From Octopus sinensis (lineage: Eukaryota), in the NCBI RefSeq assembly GCF_006345805.1, contig NC_043005.1:34844001-34908000 (forward strand): 64,000 bases of DNA, written 5' to 3'. Positions 1-13,737 of the stretch are shown here, one piece after another (the stretch's first letter is position 1; the number at the start of each line of letters is the position of its first letter). Made by a program: the position numbers and the translations under genes. The notes under the pieces were generated by a model, which was given only the letters and a program-made list of their open reading frames with translations, did no database searches and was not told the origin of the DNA.

Positions 1-1169
1 AGTATTTATCATATTGACTCTAAATGGATGAACAGCATTAGGATTTGAAGTCAGAATGTCAAGGGATATAACTAAAAACTGCAAGGCATTTAATCTGACA
101 CTGTACTCCTACTATCCTATCTCACTGTCCTTACATCTATTGATGATGATGATGAGTGAATATGATAAATACTGGATCATATTTACTTTCTAACTCTCTG
201 GAGTTTATAAAATATGTACCAGTCATATAGGAAAGCGGATGCTAAATGATGATGATGATGATGATATACTGCAGTCTTTTCAAATGGCTACACAATTCTA
301 CACCCATTTGTTACTTTATAACTCTTTAAAAATAATAATTACTTTTAATAATGAAGGAGATAGTAGTTGTGGAGAAGGTTGGCAGTTAGTCCAGATGTTT
401 CACCAGATGCTTTTAACACTAATTATACATTCTTTTCTGTCCTTTTTAAAATAGGTTCTACATCATGGCTCAAATGCAATTTTCCAATCTTTCATAGCAG
501 AACCCTTTTTCTCCATCTTCTACATGGACTTCTACTAAATATTAATTTATAGCTTTATAAAATGGGTATTAACAGGCATCAGACACACTAATTCTCCTAC
601 AACCCCTCCAATATCACAAAGTAACTTCTCTGATATCATGAGTGATACACTTTATATACATACATGCTCACATACATACATGCAAGCAGGCAGACAGACA
701 GGCAATGTGCTCTCTTTTTGAAGCTACCTTTGTAACCTACTCAACCACATGTCCTCTCTCTCACTTCCTTCCTGTCTACTGTACCATCATTACTATTCTG
801 TTCCTCCCTCCCCCTTTTCCCTGCACTGCCAGTGATATCCCACTTACCCTACCTCCCCCAACTCATGCATCACTAATTATCTCCCTTACCCATATCTCAC
901 TCCCCCATACATTCTGGCAACCTCCATTCACCACACTTCTGCTTCCTCTGTTCCAACTCATTTGGATTCACCTCATATCTGGACACCTTATCGTTGTTAT
1001 TTTCATTGCTTTCTATCTCCACCTGGTCACTCTCACTCTCTCTTCTAAAATGTAAGTAGTCATGTAGCTTTGCTGTAACAAGAAACCTATTCTACTTTGA
1101 TCCCTTCTCACATACCTCATTTCCTTGAGTAAAACTTCCCACTTAGGGTTTGAAGTCTTGCAGACTGCA

Positions 1170-1325
1170 TGGCAACTGCACTAGTGCTGGCTGGAGGCAT
1201 GAAAACAGCACCCAGTACATGTAAAATGGTTGCCACCAGGAAGGGCATCACAGTAGAAACCAAAGCAGACAGTGGAGCATGGTGTCATCCTTGGACCCAC
1301 TGGATCTTGTCGAACCATCCAATTA
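1170..1325 (+). mobile_element. Degenerate 3' UTR fragment of RTE-clade LINE (family R)
   Basis: Diverged copy of the motif run 'aaaa-agcacccagtaca...aggaagggcatc..gtagaaac' seen in intact copies at 3505, 36148 and 53308. Confidence 0.55.
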
Positions 1326-1410
1326 TTCACAAACCACTGTACAGAGTGCACTGAGTGCATTTTATCATGACAGTAGCACTAAAAGGTTTTCAGTGCCCTC
1401 TGAAAAACTA

Positions 1411-1800
1411 CAGGGTGATTGAAAAGTAACTCCTTATCTTAAAATACTTATAAATTATTTATTGATTGAAATTTTTACAAAAAAAAACAGATATGAGAGG
1501 AAAGCTTTTAGTATGAGGTTTCATTCAAAATTCGATATGGGCTCCAGATGTCACTACCAGCTTCTTGAGTTGCCAAGGAATTGTGTCAACTGATTTCACC
1601 GAGAACTTTTGTGGGATGGAAGACATAACTTCTTGTATTTTCCCTTCAAGTTCTTCCAAAGTCTTTGGTTTGGTACAGTAGACTGTTACTTTAATGAACC
1701 CCAAAGAAAGAAGTTATAGGGTGCTAAGTCGGGACTCCTGGCTGGTCATTCATGGGGACCATGATGACCCATCCACCTCCCAGAGAAGTGAGCATTCAGC
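1411..1800 (-). mobile_element. Tc1/mariner-superfamily transposon, 3' end with TIR (decayed transposase C-terminus)
   Basis: TA (1409-1410) followed by CAGGGTGATTGAAAAG TIR. Minus strand translates GRWMGHHGPHE*PARSPDLAPYNFFLWG, frameshift, then VYCTKPKTLEELEGKI...SGAHIEF*, matching the WPxRSPDLxPxDFFLWG motif. Confidence 0.85.
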
Positions 1801-2404
1801 TATTCACAAATGACAAGAGCAATACAATAACAGATTAAATTTTCACACTTTAAAAAAACAAACACAAAAAAATGTGGTAGGAGAGGAACTTGAGGAACAG
1901 AGATAGTGATAAGCAAATTCATGTCAGTTGTTGGTAAAGAGACTGAATAGAAAACAGAATGAACAGGAGGGTAAAGTGGGGTTTGAGAGGGAAATAGAAT
2001 GATAAAAGTGAAAGTAGTGGGAGGAAGTGTGGTACTAACAGAGAGTAATAGGAGGGAGAGTGTTAGGTGTCAATAATGTGACAAGAAGAAGAGAGTGTGA
2101 TGGCAAGTGATAAAGGTGATGATAGGAGTAATACAAGTATCATCATGGGAAGGAGAGAAATAAAGACAAATGATAGAAGAGGATTGACAACAGACAGATC
2201 AATGCCAGCCTTCACAACAAAAGCAACATGGTACAGCAAGTAGAAGAGTGAGCAAGATACAAGAGGTTAGCAAAAAGAGGTAGGAGGCATTAGATTGGGA
2301 ATTTACATGGGCTTGATGATTGATAGATCCAAATATAGTGAAATTATACATCCATTCACTAACACTGTTTTAACTTCTGTTTTACCATATTTTCACATGT
2401 TAGC

Positions 2405-2660
2405 AGGACCTCTCTAGTACTGCATATCACCACTCGTGGCAGTCCTATGTCTCCTTAAATCAGTCTTTATCACTTCATGTCATGGCTTGTTGGGTGTCTC
2501 TTTTCCATTCGGTCCATCAAATCCCTGTGTTTGACATTTCTTTATACAACTGACATTCACCCTATGGATCACACACCTATACTGGTGCAGCCATCTCTCC
2601 TGCTCACCATATATAATTGCTCTAACAGCCAGCTTTTCTCTCAGCTCATTAATGCACTAT
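2405..2660 (-). mobile_element. RTE-clade LINE, decayed ORF C-terminus
   Basis: Minus strand reads NELREKLAVRAIIYGEQERWLHQYRCVIHRVNVSCIKKC...KP*HEVIKTDL, like RTE 'LREKLG...ERRLRWYGHV...RPKKTW.EVV..DL'. Confidence 0.7.
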
Positions 2661-2754
2661 CATTGATACACACTAACATTACTTATCCAGCAGAACATGC
2701 TTATTTCATTTCCTTCCTAACAGACATACATGCATGCACACACACCACACACAG

Positions 2755-2900
2755 ATGCAGGAGTGGCTGTTTGGTTAAGGAGCTTGGTTCCCAACCATGT
2801 GGTCTCAGGTTCAGTCACACTGTACAGCATTTTGAGCAAGTTTTCTTTTATCTTCGATCAAAGCCTTGTGACTGGAGTTGGAAGATGAAAACTGAAAGCT
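2755..2900 (+). mobile_element. tRNA-headed SINE (family C), 5' part
   Basis: gcaggagtggctgtttggttaag...caggttcagtc A/B-box-like head, then aaagccttgtga...gaaaactgaaag as in other copies. Confidence 0.7.
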
Positions 2901-3504
2901 ATAGTGTCGAGGGACTTGGAGTAAGTCCTCAACATTACCGTCTTCTATTCAAATTCTTCTAGCCATTTCTTGGGAGGTATTATTTCCTATTCTGTAAACT
3001 TGATTTTTGCCGTGTGCAAAATTAAAAGTTCTAAATACAGTTCACAAAAAATTTAAAATAACAAAGAGAGAAAAACAAAAAGAAAGTCTTAACAAAAAGG
3101 AAAAAAAAATTAAAATAAACAGTTCAATACAGTTTTTCAAAATATAAAAGACAGAAGATGAGAACAAGAGTTCAAAACACAGCAAAAACAAATAAATTTT
3201 AGAATTAATTTTACATCGATTTAATTTTAAATCGAACTGATTTTATAATTATTATCTATTTCAAAATATAGCCATGAAACGCACGTAGTCTTTTTACTAC
3301 TATTTACTAATTATTGTACTTTATTGATTTTTAGAATAAGGTTTTTATAGTATATGTTTTCTATATGGTGTGAATAACATCTTTCATTATTGAATTGTTT
3401 AATAGAGGTCTTTCTCTAAATTATATACATATATAATATATTGTGAAATTTGATTTAAAATTGTTAAATTGGATTTTTTCCCTGTAAGCTGTGCTTACCT
3501 TGGA

Positions 3505-3920
3505 TTGAAGGGCGACCTTCTGTGCTTGAGGAGACCTATTAAGTCAAGTCCATCAACATCAAAATAAAAATCAAATGGAAATTGTAGTTGTGATACCCGT
3601 GCTGGTGGCATGTAAAAAAAACACCATCCGAATGTGGCCAATGCCAGCGCCGCCTTGACTGGCGACGTGCCAGTGGCACGTAAAAAGCACCAACTGATCA
3701 TGGACATTGCCAGCCTCCACTGGCCCCTGAGCCGGTGGCACGTAAAAAGCACCCACTACACTCACGGAGTGGTTGGTGTTAGGAAGGGCATCCAGCTGTA
3801 GAAACACTGCCAGATCAGACTGGAGCCTGGTGCAGCCTCCTGGCTTCCCAGACCCCGGTCGAACTGTCCAACCCATGCTAGCATGGAAAACGGACATTAA
3901 ACAATGATTATGATGATGAT
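3505..3920 (+). mobile_element. RTE-LINE 3' end (family R), 5'-truncated
   Basis: Three internal 'tggcacgtaaaaagcacc'-type subrepeats, aggaagggcatccagctgtagaaac, terminal ccatgctagcatgg palindrome and (GAT)n tail. Confidence 0.85.
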
Positions 3921-5709
3921 ATATATATATATATACTTCAGTGAACAACAATTGTGCAGGCCAGCATTGGTGTCTACATTTTCACCAGGATTTCTCCTTT
4001 TAGTTTTTCTTTTCTATTTTTTCTCGGTTTTTATGCTTCCTTAGCAGTCTATAAATTATTCCAACAAAGGATAATGTCCAAAACATCATAATTAACTCTT
4101 TCCACTTCTTTGAACTCATCAAACTAATTATCCTAATCATGCATTTATCCCATTTTGCTTTCTTTTATATACTGTCCTTCACTATTTGTGTGTTTGTGTT
4201 CACATGTGTGTGTGTGTATATGACATATAAGGAGAATACACACATACATACACATATATAGAGAGAACAAATTTATTCTTGCTAATTTAAATAACAAAAA
4301 ATATTAAAAAGCACAGTGCAGATTTTGAAAATGTACAGTTCTGTGAGCGCGCGCGAGAGAGAGAGAGAGAATTAGGAGGATTTCCTTAGAATTTATAAGC
4401 AGAAACCAAATTCTATAAACCGGCTAGAATAATAAAGTTGCTATTGCGTAAAACATTACAGTAACAACATGAATGGTTGGTGGATGAGGTTTGAACCCTC
4501 CCCACTGCTCTTGGTGAAATAATAAAGGAGAGGAAGAGAGAAAACACATATTTCAATATGAAAACTACTAAAGGTAGGTTTCAATGATAAAAAGAAAAGA
4601 AAAAAGAAAAACAAACATCACAATATGATTATTGGGAAATGATATTTCAAGGAATAATGTAAATAGGTTGGCGTCTTTTACAGGAAAAACTATTGTTGAA
4701 AACAATGATAATAGCGCATTGGTGAGATGATGGTAACGATGATGATGGGTGGAGGTGGGGATTGCTACCAAAGACAAAAACCACCAGAGAGAAAGCAAGG
4801 AAGAATGAAAGACAGACAGACACAAAAATGTTTTGAATAGGAAAGAAAACAAAGGAAAATATAAGAAAAAAAAAGAGAAAATTGTGCAAGAAGAAACAAT
4901 CAAAAGAAAAATTACAAAAAATATAAAATAAACAAATGTAAAACAAACAGAAAATGGAGAGAAAAGAGATGATGAGAAGAACTGGAAATATGAATTGCAT
5001 TCCATGAATTAACAGATTCCAAGAAAAATTAATAATAATGAGAGTGATACAGATAAGAACAGCATTAATGGTTAGAAAAACACATAACAGTGATGATGAT
5101 GATGATGACAGCACAAAAATTAAGCAGAAAATTGTAGAAAAATTATGCCTAACCCTAATGTCTATATCATTCAGTTTCGTTATTACTTTCACAAAATTTC
5201 ACTTGAAAATAGTGCCTGTATGTGTAGGTATGTGTGTGTGTGTGTGTGTGTAAGTGTGAGGGAGAGTAACTTTGCAAATTAGGAGAGTAAAAGATAAAAA
5301 AGAAAAGGTTGTTAGATTACAGGAGGGAGCCAAAAATATATTTGAAGAAGATAGCAATAACAACAACAACAATAATAACAAACAGCAAAAATGGAATATG
5401 CCATTTTAGAAACATAACTAGTTTGGATATATAAGGAATTGTGGTAAGAAAAATTCCTTTCGTACTTTCCGGAGATTTGACATAATCAGAACATCAAAAA
5501 CATTTCATATAAATATGATACACACACATACACACACACTCACACACATATAACGTATAGCTGTAGCAAATTTATGAGGGTTTGACAAAACATACCACAA
5601 ATTAGATGAGGAATGGAATGTTCAAGAATCTTTCCATAAAAAAGAGTACTGGAAAGGTTTTGGGAACACCCTTTACTTTCTTTCTTACTTATGAAGGCAT
5701 TCAAGAAAA

Positions 5710-5938
5710 TTAACCCTTTTGTCACCATATTTCAGCTGAAGTAAGGTTCCTTTGCTTCAATTTATTTTGAAAATAATAGAGAATTTGGTAAAATAACAGT
5801 CTTTATTAAGCTGGTTTTTAGAACAAAAATTAACATGAAATTTTGATGGGATTTGATTTAGATCACTTTAAAACGTGAAGTTTGTGTCACATAACCAGGA
5901 GCAGTTTTGGATGAGTCGATAACATAACTTTATGTTAA
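5710..5938. mobile_element. TTAA-bounded MITE (piggyBac-like ends)
   Basis: Begins TTAA-CCCTTTT. Internal sequence shared with 12351-12569 and the split copy at 25371/26449. Right end degenerate, ending TTAA. Confidence 0.55.
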
Positions 5939-7199
5939 AATGTAAAATAAATATTTTTAAAAATAAAACTGAAACAGCTATATGTATGTGTGCATGTGTC
6001 TCAGCCAAGTGATGCAATAATACATGTGTGTATATAATAATTTTTGTGTGCATATGATGCAGACGTGTGTGTGTACAATGTGCAAGACAATATCATATGC
6101 GGATAAATATAGCGTGTGTGCGTGTGTGTGTGTATGTAAATTGTACTGTGTGTGTGCATAGATTGCTTGTGTAAGTCTAGTGTATATGTGTGTGTATATA
6201 TATATATATATATATAAACTGAAAGATTATAGAGTGTGTATGTATAAATTATAATATTGTACTGCTCAAGTATGTGTATGAAATGTAAGATTGCAGTATG
6301 TGTGCATGTGCATATGCACATGTGTGCAAGTGCCAAGGCATATAAGAATTTTAAAGTTGATTACGAAATGAAACCATTGCTGCCGACAAAATGATAAGCA
6401 AGGATTTCAAGCATAAGCACCATCATCATCATAACTATTATTATTGTTATTATTATTGTTGATGTTGCTGTTGTTGTTAAAAGCTGCCAGCATATGGTTT
6501 GTGCCAGTTAATGAGACAATTACTCTCATCCAACCTAACAGACTGACATCTCTTCCTTTCTTCAGCTTTCATCTCCTCCCACCAATTTTCCTCATCTTTC
6601 TACGTAATAGATAAATATGACACACTTACAGCAGATATCAAAAGACTGAAAAAAGGCCCCCTTTTTTTTTTAATTAATTCCTGCAATAAAATCAATAAAT
6701 GCCAGTTGATGTAACAAGATAGTAACAGCGGGGCGGGGGAGATAGGAAGACAGAAATGAGAAAGTTTTATAAGAAAGTGTAGGGTTAATACAAAAAGGTA
6801 GATATATTTAATAAGGATGATGATGGTGGTGGTGGTGGAGGATGGGATGGTAAAGTGGTGGAATCAGTAGAACACAGGGTAAAATAACTTGGGAGTATGT
6901 TGTGAGTCCTTTATATCCTGAGTTCAAATCCTGTAGAGGTCAACATTGCCTTTCATTGTTGGAGTGGCATCAGTCAAGAGCTGGGGTCAATACAATCAAC
7001 TGTACCTCGCCTACATATGTGCCTGTTTCAAATCACTGTTACTTATAAGGGCTGTGACTGGTGGAATTAATACAGCATTAGACAAAATGACTAGTGGGTA
7101 TTTAGTTTAGTCCCTTTACTTTCTCAGTTCAATTCCCACATAGACTGACTTCAACTTTTATGTATCATGAGTCAGTAAAATAAATACTGATCATAGGTG

Positions 7200-7590
7200 C
7201 ATGCATGGCTGTGTGGTAAAAAGTTTGCTTCCCGACCATATGTTTCTGGGTTCACTCCCACTGCATGGTACCTTGGGCAAGTGTTTTCTATCATAGCCTC
7301 GGGTTGACCGAAACCTTGCTAGTGGAATTGGTAGACGGAAACTAAAAGAAGCTTGTCATATATTTGTGTGTGTGTGTGTGTGTGTTTGCATATGTGTTTG
7401 TCCCCCACTACCACTTGACAACTATGTATGTCCCTGTCACTTAGCGGTTCAGCAAAAGTGACTGATAGAACAAATACTAGACCTTACAGAAAATAATAAG
7501 TATTAAGGTCTGTCAGTTTGACTAAAATTCCTCAAGGCAGTGCCCCAGCATGATTGCAGTTTAAAGACTGAAACAAAAGAGAGATAAGAG
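7200..7590 (+). mobile_element. tRNA-headed SINE (family C), near full length
   Basis: Head tggctgtgtggt...gggttcactccc, then ccttgggcaagtg (CORE-like start), internal (GT)n, 3' part ending gactgaaacaaaaga. Confidence 0.85.
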
Positions 7591-8782
7591 GTAAGCGCAG
7601 GATTAGAACCTAAAATTTGTGTTGTGTCAAAATGCCATAATTAGAAATCAATCATATGATGCTGATGCTGACAGTGTCTATGATGATGATAAGGCTGGTG
7701 TCTATGATGATAACTGCACGATTATGACAATTGTTTCATCAACAGGCAATAGTTTTTTTTTATATAGGCAAAAGGTAAATTATTTTTAGAGATGAGTGTA
7801 GCTGAATCAGGATTGCATTAAGCCAGTATATCAGTGGTAATTTAGTAATAAATACATTAATTATAAGCAAAAACATGTTGGAGTCATGTTTGTGTTTAAT
7901 TTCATATCCTTAATTTTATTATATGTACAAAACATATTCCATATGGTACGGAAATTTTGGCATTTGTGGATCATGAGGCTACCTTACAGGGAAAATGACT
8001 TCTTAATAGGGAATTGTGGGAAATTTGGTCTTAAATAAGGGCTTGATTGAAATGATACCAACCCACCTGAGACCATCCCTAGCTTTTAACAAGCTCAGTA
8101 GCTAATTGCAGCACCAGTACCTGTTCTGGCACTGTTTTTCTCTATATCACTGGTAGGGAGGTGAGTTGCTGCTATCTCTAGCAGCTAAGCAGCTGTCATT
8201 GACAAGACCAAGGAAAGTTAAAATGACATGATCTCATGGTCTCAGCACAGGAGGTGGTGGGGATATATCTTCCTGCTAGCAATATTAACAAGTTTGCATT
8301 TTGTACCAAAATGCCAATATGTAAGTTTTTTTCATGGTATCTACTGCAGTGTAGTTCGTTCTAATAGAACATTCACATTTTAGTAAGGATAAATATTACC
8401 CCAAGTTGTATGTTGCAAGCTACCTGTTTTAAAGCGAATCAAGTTTAAACCATAGAGCTGTGTTGTTTACTGAGTGAAATGTACTTTATGTAAATTTAAC
8501 ATATTTTTCTTTTTTATCTCTATTGTTCAAAAGTTTATAAATTAATTTTCTGGTAAGTTCATAAGTAAAGTTACTGGTTTCAATTATTTTCAACCATCAA
8601 CCAGTGACATATTGAAGCTTCTTGTAGAGCAAAGTATATTTGTGTTGAACTTAGAGGAACTGTAAACACTTTTGTTGTTTAAGAAGAAAGAATATAATAT
8701 TATTTCACATCTGGGTACATATCATGGAAGATTGAACTCAGTTCAACTTCTCTGTTTTCAAATACATCATTCTTCTTTGAGT

Positions 8783-8982
8783 TTAAAAGTGGCTGGTGGT
8801 GATGATGCTGCTGACATCATGCATCATACTATCTAAAAATAGTTTTGTTACATCTGTTAAACTGTAAAATCTAGTTCTTGTAAATTTGTGTTGCTGAAGA
8901 CAGGAAACTCTTTGGTACAGCTTGAACAATTTATTCCTCAAGGAGCATCGTGAAAAGGAGTAGAATCGTTCTAAATCATTTC
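8783..8982 (-). CDS. Candidate terminal coding exon of an unidentified gene
   Basis: Non-repetitive open frame (G)NDLERFYSFSRCSLRNKLFKLYQRVSCLQQHKFTRTRFYSLTDVTKLFLDSMMHDVSSIITTSHF*, tandem tag/cag acceptors, unique AT-rich UTR-like DNA downstream. The polypyrimidine tract is weak and no homolog was recognised. Confidence 0.3.
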
Positions 8983-10438
8983 CTGCTACACACATGCTCT
9001 TACATACTCATACAGGCACGTATACAAATGTGTGCACATTAACACACATATCCACACACACACACTCACACATTCCTATACATATTCACACACACATTCA
9101 CACGTTCTCTAATAGCTATTCCTAAATATAGACTGATACACATTCCTATAGAGAAAGACGCTAAGAAAATCGAGGAGAAAATATGAATGAGAGAATAATA
9201 ATGATGAAGAAGAGAAGGAGAGAGAGGAAAAAATAGAAAAGAGAGAGGGAGAGAGTCAGATGAGAAAGAGTAAATGAGATAGAAATGAAGAAATAGTGAA
9301 AGGGAAGCAGAGACAATCAGACAGATAAATACTGTTTTTTACTTGGACCATTTTACCATTTTTTTGTAAAATGAGAATCCAACACATTTTAGCTTGATCC
9401 TTATTTCCTCCTTCACATGAGTGTGTACACACTCTCTCTCTCTCTCCCTCCCCCCTCTCTCTCACTCTCACTCAAATATACCGTATCTTACTCTCTGATG
9501 CTATGGGCTCTCATGACTGTCATAATCAGTTATTTAGTCACCATCTTCACGACAGCCCTTTCAAAATGCTGGTGTACATGATAATGAAATATGTTTACAT
9601 GAACATGTGGAGCTGGTCCCACTAAAAAATACTGGAAATTTTAATTGAACATTCACTCTCAGTACTGTCATGTGGCATGGTTTTCTTTAGGGTTTCCTAC
9701 TCTTAGTCCTTGATTTTAACACTGCTGCAGGTTTGTGGTTTAACTATACAGCACAGGAGGATTTAACTCTATGAGGCATCACTTACGTATATAAACTAAT
9801 ACAAAAGACACCCAAACAGAATAAAGAGAATAAATATCTTATTTATGAACTCATTAATTATGGACTGTTGTTTTGTTATGAAAGGTACACACCCATACAT
9901 ATACATACCCATACACAAACACATACATACATCCATGCACACCCACACACACCACCCACATATATGTATAAGATAATTCTCTTTAATCCCTTCCCTGTAA
10001 TTCAAGTAACCACTTGAGATATGTAGGGTGTGCGGGTGTAAATGTATACATGTATGTGTTTGTGCATGTGCATGTGTGTTTGCATGTGTCAGTGGATGTT
10101 TGTGCAAGTGTATGTAGATGTGTGTGTGAGTATGTGGATGTGTGAGTGTTTATGTGAGTGGATATGGATGTGTGTGTGTGTGTGTGTGTGTGAGGGTATG
10201 TAAATGAGTTTGTTAATATATGTCTGTGCTGCTGTAAGAGCTAGGTTCTTATAGTGGGGTTAGGGTGTGTCTTAGTTCCTCAAACGTTGGTAGCATTTTG
10301 ACAAAGTGTCTCTCATTGGCCACAGTGTGATCTCATTACAAAATCTCTTCTGACATCAGAACAGATATTTTCATTGACTGAAGAACTGGCACTCAGCAAA
10401 ACTTGGTTTCTCTGGGTTGCTTTCTTTGACTGTGTGCA

Positions 10439-10439
10439 T

Positions 10440-10482
<43 letters not shown>
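10439..10482. repeat. (GT)n microsatellite
   Basis: About 22 GT units. Confidence 0.95.
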
Positions 10483-10484
<2 letters not shown>

Positions 10485-11096
10485 GGAAGGAGAGATGGTG
10501 ACATGAACTGGGATTTTAGACTTAAGCAAGACATTTGTTCCCTGAACACATACACACATGCATGCATTCTCATTGACATTTACACCACTACCACCATCTA
10601 TATATATATTTATATACATATACAGAGAGAGAGAGAGAGACTATAAGTGTTGATACTGCTTTTATAAATATGTGTATTAACAAACATATATGCACATGCT
10701 ACACATGCACCATTGTTGTTGCATAACTACTACTATTACTTCCTTCAGCTTACACAAAAAAACAAACATTAACATAATACACACACACACACTCACTATT
10801 AAACATAAACTATCATCACCATACTACTACTATTTGCCTTAGAGGCACACACACACAGCTCCATTCATACACACCTAAACAATACCACATGTAAATCCCC
10901 ATGGAATTTAGAAGTACATATCTCTACCTACCTTTCCTTCTTTCAAAATATTTAAAATAAATTAAAATAAGTAGTGATTGAAGTTGTTCTTTGACCCCTG
11001 GACTACCTACCCTATTCAAGCAGGTTGAAATCAGAAATGTGATCAGACATGAGCATCATGTTTTTATTTTCCATATAGATTTTATCCAGTACAGTA

Positions 11097-11131
<35 letters not shown>

Positions 11132-11174
11132 ATACTAATAATAATAATAATAATAATAATAATGATGATGATGA
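11097..11174. repeat. Compound (TAC)n-(TAA)n-(GAT)n microsatellite
   Basis: Read directly from the sequence. Confidence 0.95.
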
Positions 11175-11689
11175 TTTATTATGTTGGCATAAGGCCACTG
11201 ATAGTTAAGGAGGACAAAACTGATGTAAAGGACGCCAGTACTTTATCAAAGCTGGGAAGGACAAAAGATTAAACTCAATGTCTCTGAAATTTGAAATCAG
11301 AATGTGCATATGGTTGCCAGAGTCCACTCCAGCGTATATTTTTATTGTTTTTAAGCCTTAATATTTTTGTATGCCATGACCAAAAAGGATTTGGTGCATG
11401 AAATTAAGCTGTTAATGATAACTGAAAGTGCTGTGCCTGTTTCAAGAAACAATCATCCATTACATCTACATCAAATTCACAGACAAAAATCACCTCTTGT
11501 ATTTACCTTATTTCTATTTGATCTATGATGAAGATAAAGAATTAAAATACCTCAGGAGATTAAGCAAATACCTCTACAAGGCTCTCAATGTAGTCACCCA
11601 ACTTGCACAAAATAACAACTAAAGCTTCCTCAAATTACACCCTTAATGTCATAAATAATGAAGAACACATTGGAGAATGTAGTCTATCA

Positions 11690-11960
11690 TCATCATTATT
11701 TAACACTCATTTTTCCATGCTTGCAATGGTCAAAGAGAATTTCAGGAGGCAGATTTTTCTAGAGTAGAATGCCCTTCCTATCACCAACCACTACTTGTTT
11801 TCAAAGTAATATTTCTTTTTCTAAGTCCAGACATATTTTTCATAGAAAATTGGGAATGAAAAACATTGCTTCTATGATGGTGATGCTCATTTACAACCAT
11901 CACATGATGTCAAGACAATGGTACACACAGACACACACACACACGCGTGCGCGCATGTCA
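11690..11960 (-). mobile_element. RTE-tailed repeat (family B)
   Basis: catcatcat...ttttccatgcttgca...cccttcct..caccaacc...caaagtaatattt; reverse of copies at 20590 and 48130. Confidence 0.6.
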
Positions 11961-12350
11961 GGTTTTTTTTCAGCTTCTGATAACTGCATGTCAGATTTCA
12001 GCTTCTAACTACTAAATCCATTCACAAGGTTTTGTTTAACTAGGCTATAGTAGAAGAAGCTATGCAAGAGAACTGAAACCAAGACAATATGGTTGTGAAA
12101 CCAGATATATAAAAGATAGGATAGTCACAGCTGATTGGTCTGCTCAACAAGACCTGACCTGCAGCTAAGGAACAGCAACAGTATTCTGGTTTAATTTCTG
12201 ATCTTCATCATGTTGTCATTATCATGTGTACATAATGTTAAAGTGAAATTGAGTAGGAACTTATATTTTCAAACCAATAGCAAATAAGTTCTTATAACCC
12301 AGATATCAATCATGGATCAAACTAACTGGAACATAAAGTGATTGTATATA

Positions 12351-12569
12351 TCAACCATTTTGTTACCATATTACCATTGAAATACACTGCCTTTGTTTCC
12401 CTTACTTATGAAAATATTGAGGAATTTAGAAAAATAACTTTGTCGTTATTAAGCTGGTAACAGAAGATAATTAACATAGAGATTTATATTCAAATCATGT
12501 TAAATTGAAAGTTTTGTATCACAGAATCGAGAGTGGTGGTCTTTGGTGGGTTGGTATCAAGGATGTTAA
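12351..12569. mobile_element. TTAA-bounded MITE copy
   Basis: ttaccatatt...gaaatacactgcctttgtttc...attaagctgg...gggttggtatcaaggatgttaa; homologous to 5710-5938. Confidence 0.6.
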
Positions 12570-12924
12570 ACATGTTTTCATCCTTAAAGATGAGGTCAAT
12601 AATTAAAAAATTAAAATTTTATTGATAACTTCTCATCGGAGATATTTAATCATTTCATTAATTACTAGAAAATTATGCTTAATTAAACTCTGGGTTGATG
12701 TAAAAAAGTGAAAAAAAAAAAAAAGTGAAATGTCGAGTTCATTATGACATAGTCCAAGTGGAATGTGGTGACATGATAAATATGGAAAAATGACAACAAA
12801 TTAAGACAGATTACTTTAATTTTTTTTAAATGTACCATGAACACATATTCATCATGTCTGAATATTAGCATTAAATCAAAATAATAATGATGGGCTCTAC
12901 TGTTGATGGTGACAAGAGAGTTCA

Positions 12925-13105
12925 GCTTTTGCACAACAACTTGCACAAATGATTTGTTTATAATGATCAAAGGGATGTGTCGTACATTAGCTCACTCCCT
13001 CCATCAAATTAACATTGCCTGAACAAGTGGACAGTGTACCATGCAGAGCAATGTCAGGTAAAGTGTTTTCACAACACATCACCTGCTCTAGAATTAAAAC
13101 CACAA
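12925..13105 (-). mobile_element. SINE family M fragment
   Basis: gatttgtttataatgatcaaa...ctcactccctccatcaaattaacattgcctg shared with 16250 and 44200. Confidence 0.5.
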
Positions 13106-13204
13106 TGCAGCACCTGAACTACAAGACCAATACTACTACTACTACTACTATAATAATAATAATAATATTATTACTAATAATAATAATAATGATGATGATG
13201 AGGA

Positions 13205-13398
13205 TTTCAAATTTTGGTACCAGGCCAGCAAATTTGGGAAAGGAGATAAGTTGATTACATTGACCCCACTGATAAACTAGTGCTTATTTTATTGACCCTG
13301 AAAGGATGAAAAGCAAAGTTAACTTTGGTGAAATTTGAATTCAGAACACAGAGATAGACAAAATGCTGCCACACATTTCATCCAGTGTGCTAACATTC
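13205..13398 (-). mobile_element. tRNA-headed SINE (family N, Nin/Deu-like central motif)
   Basis: Reverse of gagttcaaattc...gcctttcatcctttc.gggtcgataaaataagtacc; abuts (TAC)/(TAA)/(GAT) tract. Confidence 0.8.
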
Positions 13399-13737
13399 AA
13401 CCCAAACAAAGCAATCCAAAAACACAAGACACACTCCATACAGTAAATATCCAATAAAATAAACAACCACAACATGTACTCTACAAACCAGATTTCCAAT
13501 GGAAGAACACAACTCACATTACACACACAACACAAACACTAATACAACAAAAGATTGAAACCAGACCCCCATAACAAAATAAAGTGATGCAATACAATAC
13601 AAGGAAGAGTTTGCACTCCCACCAACAACGAAAAAAAGAATACACAATGCTGCAGATGCCCCAGGAACACAGAGATGTAGCAGGTGATGCAGTAGAAATT
13701 TGCCTAAAACTGTCAAATGTTGAATAATAATAATAAT

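Noticed and set aside
3140-3300. Hammerhead-like remnants (aaaagac-agaaga ... gaaacgcacgta-gtctttt)
   Set aside because: Stem I and a GUA site can be drawn, but the CUGANGA core is broken and stem II is unconvincing across about 110 nt of AT-rich DNA.
4568-5192. 145-aa and 181-aa Phe/Leu-rich 'membrane-like' ORFs
   Set aside because: Reverse complement of an A/G-rich low-complexity tract, with no motifs.
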